Below are positions 14,331 to 29,754 of a stretch of DNA of 64,000 nucleotides, in pieces. Source of the stretch: Eledone cirrhosa (lineage: Eukaryota); NCBI GenBank assembly GCA_964016885.1, contig OZ024755.1, positions 28,830,001 through 28,894,000 of the forward strand, in the 5' to 3' direction. The position numbers and the translations under genes are program-made. The stretch's first letter is position 1. Each line of letters opens with the position of its first letter. Under the pieces are notes generated by a model. That model was given only the letters and a program-made list of their open reading frames with translations. It was not told the DNA's origin and did no database searches.

Positions 14331-15392
14331 TTTCAATAACAAGAAAGATTGACAATAACTTAATTTGTACATCAGAGTAGTCCATTAAATCTAGAAATGA
14401 AATTTAGATAAAATTGGACTTGAACATTTGAGGTAAGATATGAACTGTGAAATATGCTTATTTCATTTTGTTTTCATCATATGCTTGCGCCCTCCCCGTT
14501 CCTAATTATTTATGTTTCCGAGTCTCCTACAATATATTTTGTTGTTCTAAAAGGATGGGTTTGTTGTTGTGTTTGCAGCTGAATACCTGACATTATGGAA
14601 AATGTAAATAGATAGAAATTGCGTCAGTTTATAAGTTAGTGAGGTATTTCGTCTTTATGATGACCCCCAAAATTCCCTACAAGGAATATTAACACACCAA
14701 CATGTAGTTGCAAAGATATGAGGAAACATAAGTATTTACATGTCGTCCTAAAAATATTTGCGTAAAAGAAAAAACCTTGGGAAAGAGTAACTCAATGATG
14801 GGAAGGAAAGGAATGTGGTTGACTGATACAAGATACAAAAAAAAGAAAAGAACAATGTATTTAAATAAATGAATCACTCATTGAAAACGAGAAGAAAAAA
14901 CTAGAGATACATTACAATGATAAAGATTAAGAAGTTAATAAATTCAACCGTCCAATGAGCTGTCAAGTGAAATTATTATTGAAAACGCTAAGAAGTGGAA
15001 TGAAGAGCTCTTATACTGTGGAGATATGGATCAGAGACGTCTGACAAGAGAAATGTTTAGATGCGTAGTAATATAACTGCCGGGTCAACATGATAGATTA
15101 TATTTCTGAAAAATAAATGTAAAAAGTGTAGCTTAATACAGGCTGAAAGCTAAATACGTCTGATGGGAAATACTCAAACTGCTATAGTCATGAGTGAGAG
15201 AAATATTTCAGGGCATTATGGTATTTTTAACATATTTGTCTTTCTTACATCAATCGTTTTCATATTTGTCAAGAATATAATCTAAACATTAGAATTTCTA
15301 ATAATTTTAAATACAAAGGAATCATAACAAGCTATCAAGCTAGGCGTGAGGGTCCTTTCGTGAATAAACGATTTCAAAGCAAATACTTATAT

Positions 15393-15580
15393 AATTGTTT
15401 CTATTTTTGGCACAAGGCCAGCAATTATCCCAATGCATTACAGGTACTTTATTTTATCGACCCCGTAAGGATGAAAGACAAAGTTAAACTTGGCAGGATT
15501 TCAGCTCAGACCCTAAAGGGACGAAATTCTATGCTGCAAAACATGGTATCCGACCCTCTAGTGATGCTGCCAATCCACCT
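15393..15580 (-). mobile_element. main SINE copy
   Basis: Family consensus; flanking AAATACTTATATAAT duplicated. Confidence 0.9.
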
Positions 15581-16529
15581 TATATAAATACTTATATAAT
15601 GCAGTTTAATTCTATCATGTTACTATTGACCCACAGTTTTTAGGCGTGATTTAAACTCAGAACACACAGAGCCGGATCATATACCACGTTATACCCGTAA
15701 GAAGTGCTAACGTTTCCATCAACGCTGGTACTATGTTTATCGAACCAAAGGGAATGAAAAGCAATGTTTACTTTGATGGGATTTCAAATGAAGGAGCGGA
15801 TAGCTGGAACAATTACAGCAATGCATTTAATTGGACGCTGTCAATGAATCTACCAGTTTACCCCATAAACCTTATTATACTTTACTTTTTATACAGGCAG
15901 TGACCCTGGATATTTTCGGGACCAACGTGCCGTGTGAAGAAGAAAGGAAAACATCCATTAACCGCAGACATGGTACGAACTATTGCAACATTTGTGCTAT
16001 ACCAAATTCCCGAAAAGGAACCAGAACAAAAACGTCTACTCAGACTCAATCTTCCCTGCCTTTAAAATCACCTAAGACTGATTCTTCATCTTATAACTGA
16101 GTGGATGAAATCCAAGTTTAACTTCGGTGCTATTTGACTCAAATCAAAGAAAATGACCACAAAAACAATTTGTACTACCTTCTTTACTACTCAGCTCAGA
16201 CGTCACTATATAAATAAATCAATATTTGTCTTAATACCTGTAAAATGAAAATGAGCAGCATTGTTTAAATTGAATATATGGTTATAGAAATATTAATTAA
16301 ATTCTTATATGTTCTCTAAAAATCTATTCACAATATATATATAAATATAGTATAAAGAAAACGAAAAATCAGTGATGCATCTGGACTTAATTTATTTCGT
16401 GTTACAAATGTTTCGCCGGCATGTAGCTCGAGACAAGGTCCTTGTATGGATCTGGCTGATTCTACTTCTGCGGGTTCTTTCAGACACGGGTGTTTCGTCC
16501 GGAGCAAATTTTATCACTGATAATAATCT

Positions 16530-16592
<63 letters not shown>

Positions 16593-16597
<5 letters not shown>

Positions 16598-16820
16598 TTC
16601 AAAATATTAACAAAAATACATTCGTGTGATCAAGTATATTTTATTATACATATTTCAGAGGTACAGAGCTATCTTCAACAGTACGTCCTCATCAGATAAA
16701 ATAAGATGATGCATGACATACCCTGACTAAGTAGATGGTTAAGATTCAGTCATGCTTCCAATCTATTGTAAAACTCATTCTTTGATTTATTCATGGAACC
16801 TTGTTTAACCTAAAAATATA
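16593..16820 (-). mobile_element. PLE pLTR-like mini-element (family I) with hammerhead at 16638-16702
   Basis: Minus strand: AGG/GTATGT...ATTTTAT-CTGATGA-GGACGTAC...GTACCTCT-GAAA-TATGTA-TA-ATAAAAT; near-identical to 40298-40575. Confidence 0.88.
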
Positions 16821-16984
16821 TGGATATATATGTGTGTGTGTATGTGTGTGTGTATATATCCATATATATATAAATATATATATATATGCATATATATATA
16901 TATATAAATATATATATATGCATAACTATGCATATAGATATACATAAATATGTACATATATATACATATATAAATATACATATA

Positions 16985-17535
16985 TGGTGGCTGCCAACTC
17001 GTTTTCGAGTACGGCCACTACTTTATATCCATGTAGGAGAACCCCTACCGATGCGCTGAACGAGTGTGACTTTTTAGTCCAGCCAGTGACTTAAAAACTC
17101 TGGTACGAACACTACACTTGTGACAATTATTGACACATAGTGCTGGGCCTATGGTACCATGTGACGACAAGTGCAGAGAGATCTCCAGATATAAAGCAAT
17201 GCCTGTGCCGTGAAGCTTTTATAGTGAGCAAAGGCACTGCACAAAGCCAGTCCCACTCTCTTAACCAAGATGATATTTACCAAAAAGAATAACAAGTCAA
17301 CATCATTGGATACCATCAGGGTTGCAGGTGCTATATCAGAGTTTTCCTTCTCCTAGAATTCTGCCTTGACAAAGAGTAAGGGGTCATCTCTCCCGGTGAT
17401 TTTGGATGGCCATTCGGGTCGTTGGCGACTAAACTGGCAACCCCCACCAAGGTTTCTTGGTGAGGAGGCTGACTTTGGACATCCTGCAGGACTAAAAACA
17501 AAACCTGTCAAAGGACAAAGGTGCTCTTAAGAGTC
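16985..17535 (-). mobile_element. bipartite RTE-derived element, copy 3, with 5' inversion
   Basis: Matches the other copies; about 17412-17535 is inverted relative to 25543-25665. Confidence 0.85.
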
Positions 17536-18548
17536 ATATACATATATATATACATATATGTGTACGTATGTTTGTATATGTGTACGAGTGTGTACGTATG
17601 TGTGTATATGTTTGTGTATGTGTATGTATGTGTGTATGGTTGGATGTATTATATATGGATAGAATGAGAGAGAGTGGGGCATAGGAAGGAGCAAAAAGAA
17701 AATTAATTATATATATATATATATATGAATACTCAACCATACAACTAAAATCCCCGTGATACTCTCTCTCTCTCTTGGATATATGTTTTCAGACTTTCAA
17801 CAATCTGAATAAACACTATACATATTGACGATTAATATGTAACCAATATGTTGTGTCATAACATTTTATATTATAGTGTATTAAAATACAAACTTGGGAG
17901 AAATTATGTCTATCTGGGGACACTATATTTACTTCTCCAGATGATAGCTTGTAAATTAAGTACAAGAAATATTACAGTGTTTATATAAAGGATCTGTATT
18001 CTTACTGGGCAGAAATTCGGTTAAGCCACCACGTCATAAAAATAACAGACATTAAAGACAAATATTATAATATTTACATTAAAAATGAACAAATATTTCA
18101 TAATTCTCTCCTGCTGGAAAGATTCTATGGTTTGCAATTCATATTTCACACATAATAAATCTACGTTTATATATATTAGTATCGACAATAACCTTACGTT
18201 TGGGCATTGGAATTCTGCAAGGTAAATGAGTGCATTTGTTGTTTTTCAGAACGTTAAAGAACGACTACGTACATGAAATTTAGCCTTGATATATTTAGCC
18301 TTAATGCTGTGGTTTCGTGAGAACAAGTGCAGCACCGTTTACTGTTGGTAATGTCATCGAGGAGAAATGATGAAATGAAACATGAGGAAACAGCAGTGAC
18401 ATGATTTTGCCACAGAGAGGACACTGTTAAGGCAAGCAAACGGCTAGGCCACCGTTTTAAATGAAAAATATCCGCTACAATTTAGCTGGATTCTCTTGAA
18501 TACTGCTTTCTTTGATACGTAACAGATTTCAAATTTGGGTTTAGGAAT

Positions 18549-18970
18549 CTCTCGCTCTCTCTGTCTCTCTCTCTCTCGCACAGACACACACACACACACA
18601 CACTTTCTCTCTCTCTGGCTCTCTCTCGCACACACACACACACATACTCTCTCTCTCCCTGTCCCTCTCCAACACACACACACACTCCCTCTCTCTCTCA
18701 GACACACACACTCTCTCCCTCTCTCACACACACCCTCTTTCTCTCTCCCTCTCACACACACACACGCACTCTCTATCTCTCTCTCACACACACTCTCTCC
18801 CCCCTCTCTCTCTCTCACACACACACTTTCTCCCTCTCCCTCTCTCTCTTTTACACACACACTCTGTCTCTCTCCCTCACACACACACACACACACTCTC
18901 GCTCTCTCTTTTTCTCTCTCTCACACACACACACACACTCTCTCTATGTCTCTCTTTCCTTCTCTCTCTT
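18549..18970. repeat. complex (CT)/(CA) microsatellite
   Basis: Direct reading. Confidence 0.95.
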
Positions 18971-19599
18971 ATATATATTATATTACATTTTTATTACAGC
19001 TCTTTAACGTACTATATAGACAATTAGACCAACCCCCGTGCATATCAGGTACGTTAATCTATCGCCATCAGAAAGATGATATGTAAAACTAATATTGAAA
19101 TAGGAACTACATACCATTCTTTTGTCAGTTATGCCCGGCCATAGTAATAAATATGACTTGAATATAAATGTCTAAAGATATTTATATCGATCACTGTACT
19201 TTGCTTGATCCTTAAATTAATATTAACTAAAACATTTCATATGTGAATTCGATTGGATAAAGAGAAAAATATCATTCACACTTACTGTATAAAAACCAAA
19301 TCAATAAACATTCACATCGATTCTATATAAAACTGAGACACATAATATTGTAATATATGTTGTAGTGAACCAAAACAATGGCCTCTTTTTTTTAACAAAG
19401 TTTATGTTTCGTGTACACTCTTACTATCATTTCAACATTTCCCCTCCATAATTCAGGGCGTCGGAATGGCGGACATTTTAGAACATCTGACAGAATTCAG
19501 ATTCGTTTTTATAATTATTCTTTTCAGATGTTCAGATAGATATTGCTGAGGTCATTTTTGCTGTTTTAATATTTTAGAACCCCCTAAAATATAAGATAT

Positions 19600-20105
19600 A
19601 TATCTCCAAGTACCGGTCGAACTCCGACAGGTTTGGGGTCGTGCCCTTGGCATGTGGAGACTTCTGGTGTCCTTAGCGCTAGGGATACCACCATACTAAC
19701 CACCACAAGCGCTGAGCTGGCCAGCCGCAAGTGTGAGCCTACAGCTGATCTGTGAAAACATGTAATGAGACACTAATAGGCACACAATCATATTGCTTCG
19801 ACAATAGGTGAAGTGAAACACCGTTTAAAACCACTGACGTCACGTCAGAGTTATCAATCAGCAGAGTCAACGGCCATCAAAATAGTACTTTTTTTTCATC
19901 TGAGAGTGAAAGGCCCCCATTTGTTGTCCAAAACACCTTTCTAAGTGAGGGAATTTCTGAAAAAAACCTGCGGCTTCGGAAGCATCCGATGATGTTGACC
20001 AGTGCGCTTTTTTGAGTAGTGTTTTCGTTGCTCATGGTGTGGGATTGGTCGAGTGCAACGCCTTTCTCCACTTAAAAAACCTTGAAAGCGCAGTCATTGC
20101 TTGTT
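19600..20105 (+). mobile_element. possible RTE-type 5'UTR remnant
   Basis: GC-richer block; AGAGTCAACGGCCATCAAAAT resembles AAGAGTCAATGGCCATCCAAAAT in the RTE-derived family. Confidence 0.35.
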
Positions 20106-20420
20106 CAGGATATGTTATTTATAAAAAGCCCCACATGATCCGTTATTTGGGCGGAATCAGATGACCCCATAGTGATATCGAAATTATTATCTCTATCTGC
20201 TCTAGGCCAGAGGTGGTTGTTAAATTTAATTAATGTTTTCCGTGCTGTTACGATAATGTGCATTTCATTACTAGTTAAGTCTGTATGCTTAAATGCATAT
20301 TTAAGTAGATTAGGAGTGATGGATGAGTAATAATTAGCAATATCCAATTGAATAAACTTATTATTATAGTTATATTAAATGTCTTTAAACCATTCGATAA
20401 CTTCGTTAGTTCCTTTAGAA

Positions 20421-21932
20421 CTAACGAAGTTATCGAATGGTTTAAAGACATTAAATATAACTATAATAAGTTTATTCAATTGGATATTGCTAATTACTCA
20501 TCCATCACTCCTAATCTACTTAATAAAGCACTGACATGTGCATTTAAACATACAGACTTAACTAGTAATGAAATGCACATTATCCTAACGGTACGGAAAA
20601 CATTAATTAAATTTAACAACCACCTCTGCACTAGAGCAGATAGAGATAATGATTTCGATATCACTATGGGGTCATCTGATTCCGCCCAAATAACGGATCT
20701 CGTGGGGCTTTTTATAAAAATACTCTACATAGAAAAATACCGGAGATGACCGGAGGTTTGTATCGCGACGATATGTTATTACTTATCGAAAATAATAACT
20801 GTGAATTAGTATAGGAAAAGAAAAGAAATTATACAATTTTTTAATTACCTTAATCTTAAAGTAGAAATAGAGAATAATTATAAAATAGTTAACTTTCTAG
20901 ATGTAACCTTAAACCTTAACACATGTCTTTATTATCCATTTTACAAATTAAACGAGAACTTAAACTACGTTAATTTTAACTCCAATCACCCCAGATCCGT
21001 TAAAAATACTATAGTAAATTATGTACAGCAACGCATTTCTAGAATTTCAGCTAATAAGAATATTTTTGATGATAAAGCACAGTATTACAAGCGAAGCGTT
21101 AGGGAGGGCTGGATATAGTAATAAAATTAAATACATTGATAATAATAATATAACAACTAACCATAATTTTAACAACTATATTAGAAAACCTTACAATAAT
21201 TCGAAAAACAAAAAAAGAAATAGAACTAGGAATATATTATGGTTCGCTCCTCCTTTCTCATTAAATATTAAAACTCCTATTGCTAAACTACTCTTTAAAG
21301 CTCTTGACAAATGCTTCCCTAGAACACATAGATATTACTCAATATTTAATAGACACACTATAAAATTAACTTATTCAACCACCAGTAATTTAGCGCAGAA
21401 CATTTATAGAATTAATAATGGAAACTTAAACCCTAACCAGAATACCATTAACAACCCCAGCAATATCCAATTTAATAATACGGCTCCTAGTAACTTGAAT
21501 TTTGATAAATGTAACTGTAGAAATAAATCTAACTGCCCGTTAAATAACAATTGTTTAGCTAAAAATATAGTATATAATTGTAATGTAAAAACTAATTTAA
21601 ATTCATTTAATTATGTAGATTCTACTTCCACAGTCTTTAAATCTCGTTTTAATAACCATAAATGCTCTTTTACGAATATAAATAAAAAATCCTCAACTGC
21701 TCTATCTAGCTTACTATGGGACCTAAAATCAAAGAACATTAACTATTCTTTACTTCGGAATATTATCTCCAAAGCTCCTCCATTCAATGTTTATTCTGAA
21801 AATTGTTCTCTTTGTATAGAGGAAATATTCTTTATATTAAAAAGCAAAAATTCTGTGAATTTAAGGAACAATCTTTACAGTTGCTGCAAACATAGATTAA
21901 ATTCAACGATTAAATATAAATTTAAAATGTAA
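20421..21932 (+). pseudogene. PLE RT plus GIY-YIG endonuclease ORF, frameshifted
   Basis: ORFs 20348-20749 and 21021-21932 with intervening RT motifs broken by stops and frameshifts. Confidence 0.9.
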
Positions 21933-23034
21933 TATATAACTCATCGTATTAAACCTATCGATAAATCATTAGATTCCTTCATACCACTGCCTAAAACTCT
22001 CTTAAATGAAAAATATTTTCCTTAAAACGTTTTCCTTGAAAATTCTTCTAGATAAACATAAAAAGGCTTTGTTATAAAAGTTTTTTACGGTTTATGCTTT
22101 AGATATATTCTTATGAAAAACTTTAAACATTAAGACGTTATAGTAAACAAACTTATATTTTAACAGTCACAACTGTATAACAGGTGGATTTATAAAATAT
22201 ATAAAATTTATAAAATTATAACTTGCTATAAAATAATATAAGATCTTTTTATAATCTTAACTTTTTTTATCATCTTAACCTTTATAACATTTAATCCTTA
22301 GAGCTAACTAAATTACAAATAAATCACTTAATTTCCTTCACGCTGTATTGCTATTACGAAGAAGAGATTATTCTTCGGTAAAATCTCTGAATTTCCATGG
22401 GTTTAGAAACATTCCTATATTTTAAACATAACATTTTTTATTTTCTATTGATAATTAATTGAAAAATTAATAATTAATTGTTGGTTGATGATTAATAATA
22501 AATTTATATATGGTTATGTAATAATAACATATATTTTAATAATACTTTTTAATAATATATATATATATTCTTTTAATAATATATAGATCTCAATAATTTA
22601 ACTGACATATTTAATTGATAAATTAAACATTTAATCAAATTTAAACATTAGATAAAATTCTACGGTTATTATTATTTATTTATTTATTTATTTATCCACG
22701 CTCTATTTATTCCACGTAATTCATCCACTATATATTTATTTTTTCGCTTCATCATCTCATAAATTACGTTAATACAACACTCTCTCACTTAGGGTTTTCT
22801 CTTTCTCTTTCTTTTGTTTTCCTTCTTTGGGTTGGCTCTTTCTTTTTCTTTTTCATTTTTTCCCTAGTCCAACGGCTTAATTTAAATGTCCTGGGATTTA
22901 AACCCCTCCGACACTAATTTGCATTATAGACCAATAATAAAATTAGTAACCCCACTATCCGGGAGCCCCCAACCGACATGGCCGGATTCTTTAAGGGTAT
23001 GTCAATATTTGTTTATAAAACTGTTCTATATTAT

Positions 23035-23098
23035 ATTTTATGTGATGAAAGCGCACCATAATTTGCTTTGGTGTCCTTGAAATATGTATAATGAAATA
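23035..23098 (+). ncRNA. pLTR hammerhead (core mutated to GTGATGA)
   Basis: TTTTAT-GTGATGA-AAGCGCACCA...TGGTGTCCTT-GAAA-TATGTA-TA-ATGAAA. Confidence 0.75.
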
Positions 23099-23227
23099 AA
23101 TATGGTTTTATAAATATAGTTTCCATTTGTTAATATATTGTATATTTACTCCAATAATTTGTTGAGTGCTTTATATCAGTTATAAAAATATTTGCTTGTT
23201 GTATTCCAACAAATTAAATATAACTTC

Positions 23228-23320
<93 letters not shown>

Positions 23321-24331
23321 ATATTTAAGGTGTTTGCTCTAACATAACTGTATACATATAAGTATGAGTAATTTGTATATCAAAGATATATGGTATGTTT
23401 ATGAATAAACATTTGAAAGCCTTCAGCTATGAATTTCGGAAACTGATGGTGTAGCGGCAACTAGCGGATTCCAGCAGAATCAAGGCGGGGTAACTGTCGA
23501 CGACGGTCATCGTTTCTGACTCTCATCGTTATCAAAACAGTGCTCCCTTACCATGCTCTCTGTTGAAACGCAATATAGGCGAAAACATATAGATTTGACA
23601 CCTATGTTACATGGGCTGATTATCCTCATTTTCATATAGAGCTGCATTAAATCGACAAAATATTAGACACAAACCGTTTAGGGTATTTTAGATTAAATTC
23701 TCAGGCATTAATAACATCAAGGGGTTTATATACCAACCTAAATATCTGTCTATCTACACATCTACATCACATACTGTAAACCAGACAACACATTCTATAC
23801 AGTCCTTTTCTTTTCTACCTGTCTTCTCTTATCAACTGTTTACGCAGGCGAAGCAGGGTACGGCAGCTAGTAATACACCAAGTGAAAAACAATTATATTT
23901 TTCGATGAGTTCATTATATAGTATCATAACGGATGGAAATAGAAGATACATAGGCATCTTCGAGAAGAAATAAGTAAATAAATTTAAATGTGTTTTCACG
24001 AACGTGTCTTTAAATACAGTTTCTTCGTGAGAGAAAAGCAACTAACGTAATAATATATCGTAATGAAGGGTAAGAAAGATGAGGTATATACTTTCGGGTT
24101 ATTTTAACTGTACAAATATTAGATTATGTTGACGCTTCTGGAAACGCTGACGAAATTTAATGTTGCAAAGGAAAAATGAAGAAAACAATATATTTAATTA
24201 TGCGAAGTGAATATGAAAATCTCCAATGAACGAAGATTGATATCAGGATAGAAATTGTACAATGCACTTGTTTACAGAGAGAGATTAAAAACGAAAATAT
24301 ATATATTTTGCTGACATTCAAGAGTTAGCAG

Positions 24332-25116
<785 letters not shown>

Positions 25117-25120
<4 letters not shown>

Positions 25121-25725
25121 TGGCGGCCAACTCGTTTTCGAGTACGGCCACTACTTTATATCCATGTAGGAGAACCCCTACCGATGCGCTGAACGAGTGT
25201 GACTTTTTATTCCAGCCAGCGACTTGAAAACTCTGGTACAAACACTACACTTGTGACAATTATTGACACGTAGCGCTGGGCCCATGGTACCTTGTGACGA
25301 CAAGTGGAGAGAGATCTCCAGATATAAAGCAATTCCTGTGCCGTGAAGCTTTTATAGTGAGCAAAGGCACTGCACAAAGCCAGTCCCACTCTCTTAAACA
25401 AGATGATATTTACCAAAAAGAATATCAAGTCAACATCATTGGATACCATCAGGGTTGCAGGTGTTATATCAGAGTTTTCCTTCTAGAATTTTGCATTGAC
25501 AAAGGCTAAGGGGTCATCTCTCCCGGTGATTTTGGATGGCCATTGACTCTTAAGAGCTCCTTTGCCCTTTGACATGTTTTGTTTTTAGTCCTGCAGGATG
25601 TCCAATGTCACCCTACTCACCAAGAAACATTGGTGGGGTTGCCAGTTTAGTCGCCAACAGCCCGACCTTGAGACAGGTTGAACTGGGATACATGTTACCA
25701 GTAGCACCAACTGGTGACCTGACAT
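25117..25725 (-). mobile_element. bipartite RTE-derived element, copy 4 (longest)
   Basis: Matches copies 1-3 and extends furthest 5'; TA tracts on both sides. Confidence 0.85.
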
Positions 25726-25759
25726 AATATATATATATATACATACATTCAGATATATA

Positions 25760-25823
<64 letters not shown>

Positions 25824-25949
25824 CATATATACATATATATATTAATATATATATATATTTCGTTTCTGAATTTGTTTAGCAAATTCTTTATCTGAAAACG
25901 TGTATTGAAACCGATATTGTTATACCATGGGAGGGACAATGTAGAGATA

Positions 25950-26520
25950 AGAATATAGTGTACATAGGTCAGACAGCTCGTAGTATAGGGGAACGGATAA
26001 ATGAACACTGGCGAGACCTTCAAGATAGTAAAGAATCATCTGTACTCCACCAACATGCTAAAATAGAACATAAGGGTAAATTAGAGAACATAGAAATAAA
26101 AATAGAATCTACACACAGAAAAGACGCAATGTTTAGACAAATCACAGAGGCAATAAACATAAATGAACTCCAACCAAAATTAAATAGAAAACATGAATGG
26201 AACAGCAACATCACAACTTACAATTAAGGACAAAATGAAAACACACACGTACATAGAACAAACAACCAACCAGTAACATGTAAAAAAACAAATAAATAAA
26301 CAAATATAAACACACACAGACACCCGGATGTAACACAAACGCAAACTAAGCGCACAACACACACAGAAACAAAATGGCGTAGGACAGAACAAAGTAGAGG
26401 CACGAAAAAACAAAGAAAATAATCCCCAGTCACTGAAGAGGTTACAGAATGTGTGACGAAAGAACTTTGACAATATATAAACAATCATCTGGTTGTGGAA
26501 CCAACTAACCAACCCGAAAT
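25950..26520 (+). mobile_element. 3' fragment of a second PLE family: GIY-YIG C-terminus plus hammerhead
   Basis: YIGQTARSIGERINEH...HQHAKIEH...RQITEAINI...LNRKHEW. HHR GTCA-CTGAAGA-GGTTACA-GAATG-TGTGAC-GAAA-GAAC-TT-TGAC at 26429-26471. Confidence 0.85.
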
Positions 26521-26549
26521 TTATAAATTCCTAAATTTATAAATTTATT

Positions 26550-27075
<526 letters not shown>

Positions 27076-27097
27076 TATATATATATATATATAATAT

Positions 27098-27260
27098 AAC
27101 GAAGGAGTTGTGGTAAGGAACCAGATGAACCATAATACACCAGAGTAATCAATACTTAGGGTAGTAGAGTGGGTAATAGGAGAAAGTATGACCCCGACGG
27201 CAGAGCTCAAGCCGTTTCGACGACTATTTCTGGACTATTTAGTCCAGAAATAGCCGCCGA
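27098..27260 (-). mobile_element. family A mini-element
   Basis: Tail and arm match 12291-12478; centre CTGGACTA-TT-TAGTCCAG. Confidence 0.85.
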
Positions 27261-27288
27261 ATATATATATATAGAATATTATGATATA

Positions 27289-27448
27289 AGACGCCATGCT
27301 TTGACGCATAGAATTATGGCCCTTGCCATTCTGAGTTCAAATCCCGCCGAGGTTAACTTTGCCTTTCATCCTTACGGGGTCGATAAAATAAAGTACCAGT
27401 AATGTACTAGGTAATTGCTGGCCTTGTGCCAATAGTAGAAACAATTAT
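27289..27448 (+). mobile_element. main SINE, 5'-truncated
   Basis: Family consensus. Confidence 0.9.
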
Positions 27449-28446
27449 GATATGCTCTATAGTGAGCATAACTATTTATGATTTAATTAAACATGTCGCA
27501 AACTAATGAACGGTATGCTAATTAGACTGCAGTTTTCATCTGTTTACTGCTATGTGGTTGTTTTAGATAAATATTTGCTTTCTTTCACCAAGCGGACATA
27601 AGGCGATAAAGCTATAAACATTGAAATATGTAAAAGCAATTCCAATATGTTTGAGTGTACGAAGAGAATAAAATGTGTTAACGTTTTCACAACTGCACTT
27701 GTAATCAAATGAATGAATTTCTCAGTTTAGCACATATGAAACTTGCCATTGAGTGTTTATATCATGCCAACACGGAACATTAAAATCTTTAAAATTTTAC
27801 AACCCAGTAAATTATCTTTAACACAAAATAGAAAGAGAGAGAATAGCATGGTATATGAACATGTCTATTTTAGATTTTTTTCATCGGGAGATTTCTCTTC
27901 AATAGAGCAATCCATTTTTCACGTAATATTTTAATACTTTTCCATCTACATTTTGTCGATTTAATGCAACTGTTAAATGCCAAACTCCTACTTAACATTT
28001 TATCATCTAGTGCTAATTTCAAACGAGCTACGCTTATATTTTAGTATCATTTTTGTTTTACGTTGGAATTATTGAAATGTATTCATTTCACAATAATCCA
28101 ATTGGGAATTATCTCTTTATATTTAAATACCTAAACTTACATAGTTTATAAACAGTTCTATTATTTTCTTACTCAATACGAACATTTTAGTACAAACATT
28201 CCAATAATATTAACACTATTTTGTTTTCTTCTAAGATTTCTCGGCATTTCTATCAGATTCCTATCTCCTTAAGATCAATTTAAACTATTTTCTGAATGTG
28301 TATCTTATTGTGCAATATATTGAAACAAATATGGAAGCCGGCATGAGTGAATGTATCAAGAGATTTGTCTGTTCAATCTTAACTATTTTCTTTTTTACTA
28401 ATTTCTTTTTACTTGAAAAAAGTGGCTCACGAAGGCTTTTTTTTAA

Positions 28447-28720
28447 AAATGTAATTTGATTGGTTATAGATGAAATTATGACTGTCACATGAACAAGTAC
28501 ATTAAATTTCGCGCCCGTATTCTGGAATTTTTTTGTAGCCATTTAGAGAATTTTGTGCCAAACAAAAGATAATAGTCAAGAAAAAAGGGATGGGGAGAAT
28601 TGTTCTGGTTCAGTGAGTATGGCTGATGTACTGAAATGTAATTTGTTTGGTTATAAATGAAATTATGACTGTTACGTGAACAAGTACATTAAATTTCGCG
28701 CCCGTATTTGGTAATTTCTT
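28447..28720. repeat. about 85 bp direct repeat
   Basis: AAATGTAATTTG...AAATTTCGCGCCCGTATT at about 28447 and 28634. Confidence 0.85.
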
Positions 28721-29102
28721 TTGACGCAAAAGAACTGCAAATCCGGTAAAGGAACCAAATACATATATATATATATTTTTTAAAAGACTCCAGTTGCATT
28801 TTCTCTCGTGTGGGATATAATATATATATATATATATTGAAATAACAGATTAAAGTTGAAGCAAGGAATCGCTGCTTTCACCCTTCACGGAATCTTCCGG
28901 GGTGAGAGGAATCCTAAGGAACGACGCACTAATAAATGCCCCCAACGGATTCCGTCTCATATGACCTCTAACCAACTTGGCGAAAATATTTAGATCTGAA
29001 AGGGTGAAGTGACAAAGGCGAGTTTCGGGCATCTTAAATGCATTTGGTCTGGGTAGAGAACATGACCATCCAAAGCCTGCTATTGGGTTTGTAGAACAGA
29101 AT

Positions 29103-29285
29103 AATTGTTTCTACTTTTGGCACAAGGCCATCAATTACCCAGTACATTACTAGTACTTTATTTTATCGACCCCGTAAGGATGAAAGGCAAAGTTAACCTC
29201 GGCGGGATTTGAACTCAGACCGTAAAGGGACGTAACCAAGCTGGAAAGCATGGCGTCCGACCCTCTACCAATACTGCCAATCCAC
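29103..29285 (-). mobile_element. main SINE copy
   Basis: Family consensus; TSD ACAGAATAAT. Confidence 0.92.
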
Positions 29286-29513
29286 AGAATAATAACAAGG
29301 AAAGTATTGTGCATATTGCTTCACCCTGAGTCTACAGGGCGAATGAGAATGAATTTGAGAAACACCATGGGCTGAAGAGAGTTATCAAGAAACTGTGGAG
29401 AATCAGATACATATAAGTTGACGTATTACGAAGAGTTCGAAGAAAAAAGAGGAGAAGAAGGAGGGGGAGGAGGAGCAAAAGGAGGATACATATATATATA
29501 TATATATATATAT

Positions 29514-29601
<88 letters not shown>

Positions 29602-29686
29602 GTATATAAATATACCAATTTCTTTGACACGTTTTTGTTTTTATGTGCTAAACCTGATAAACATATTCTTATATATATATAACCAC

Positions 29687-29754
<68 letters not shown>

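Larger units (their letters stand above)
20118..23232 (+). mobile_element. 5'-truncated Penelope-like retroelement (Nematis/Neptune-type) with 300 bp fold-back and 3' pLTR
   Basis: RT motifs QLDIANY(Y)SSI, FDITMGSSDSAQITDLVGL, GGLYRDD (20761) and SNHP. The linker CNCRNKSNCPLNNNC precedes GIY-YIG motifs (IVY...YVDST...FKSRFNNHK). pLTR at about 22775-23232. Confidence 0.92.

Noticed and set aside
15897-16100. Possible host exon after TTTTTATACAG
   Set aside because: No recognisable protein, weak donor and no partner exons
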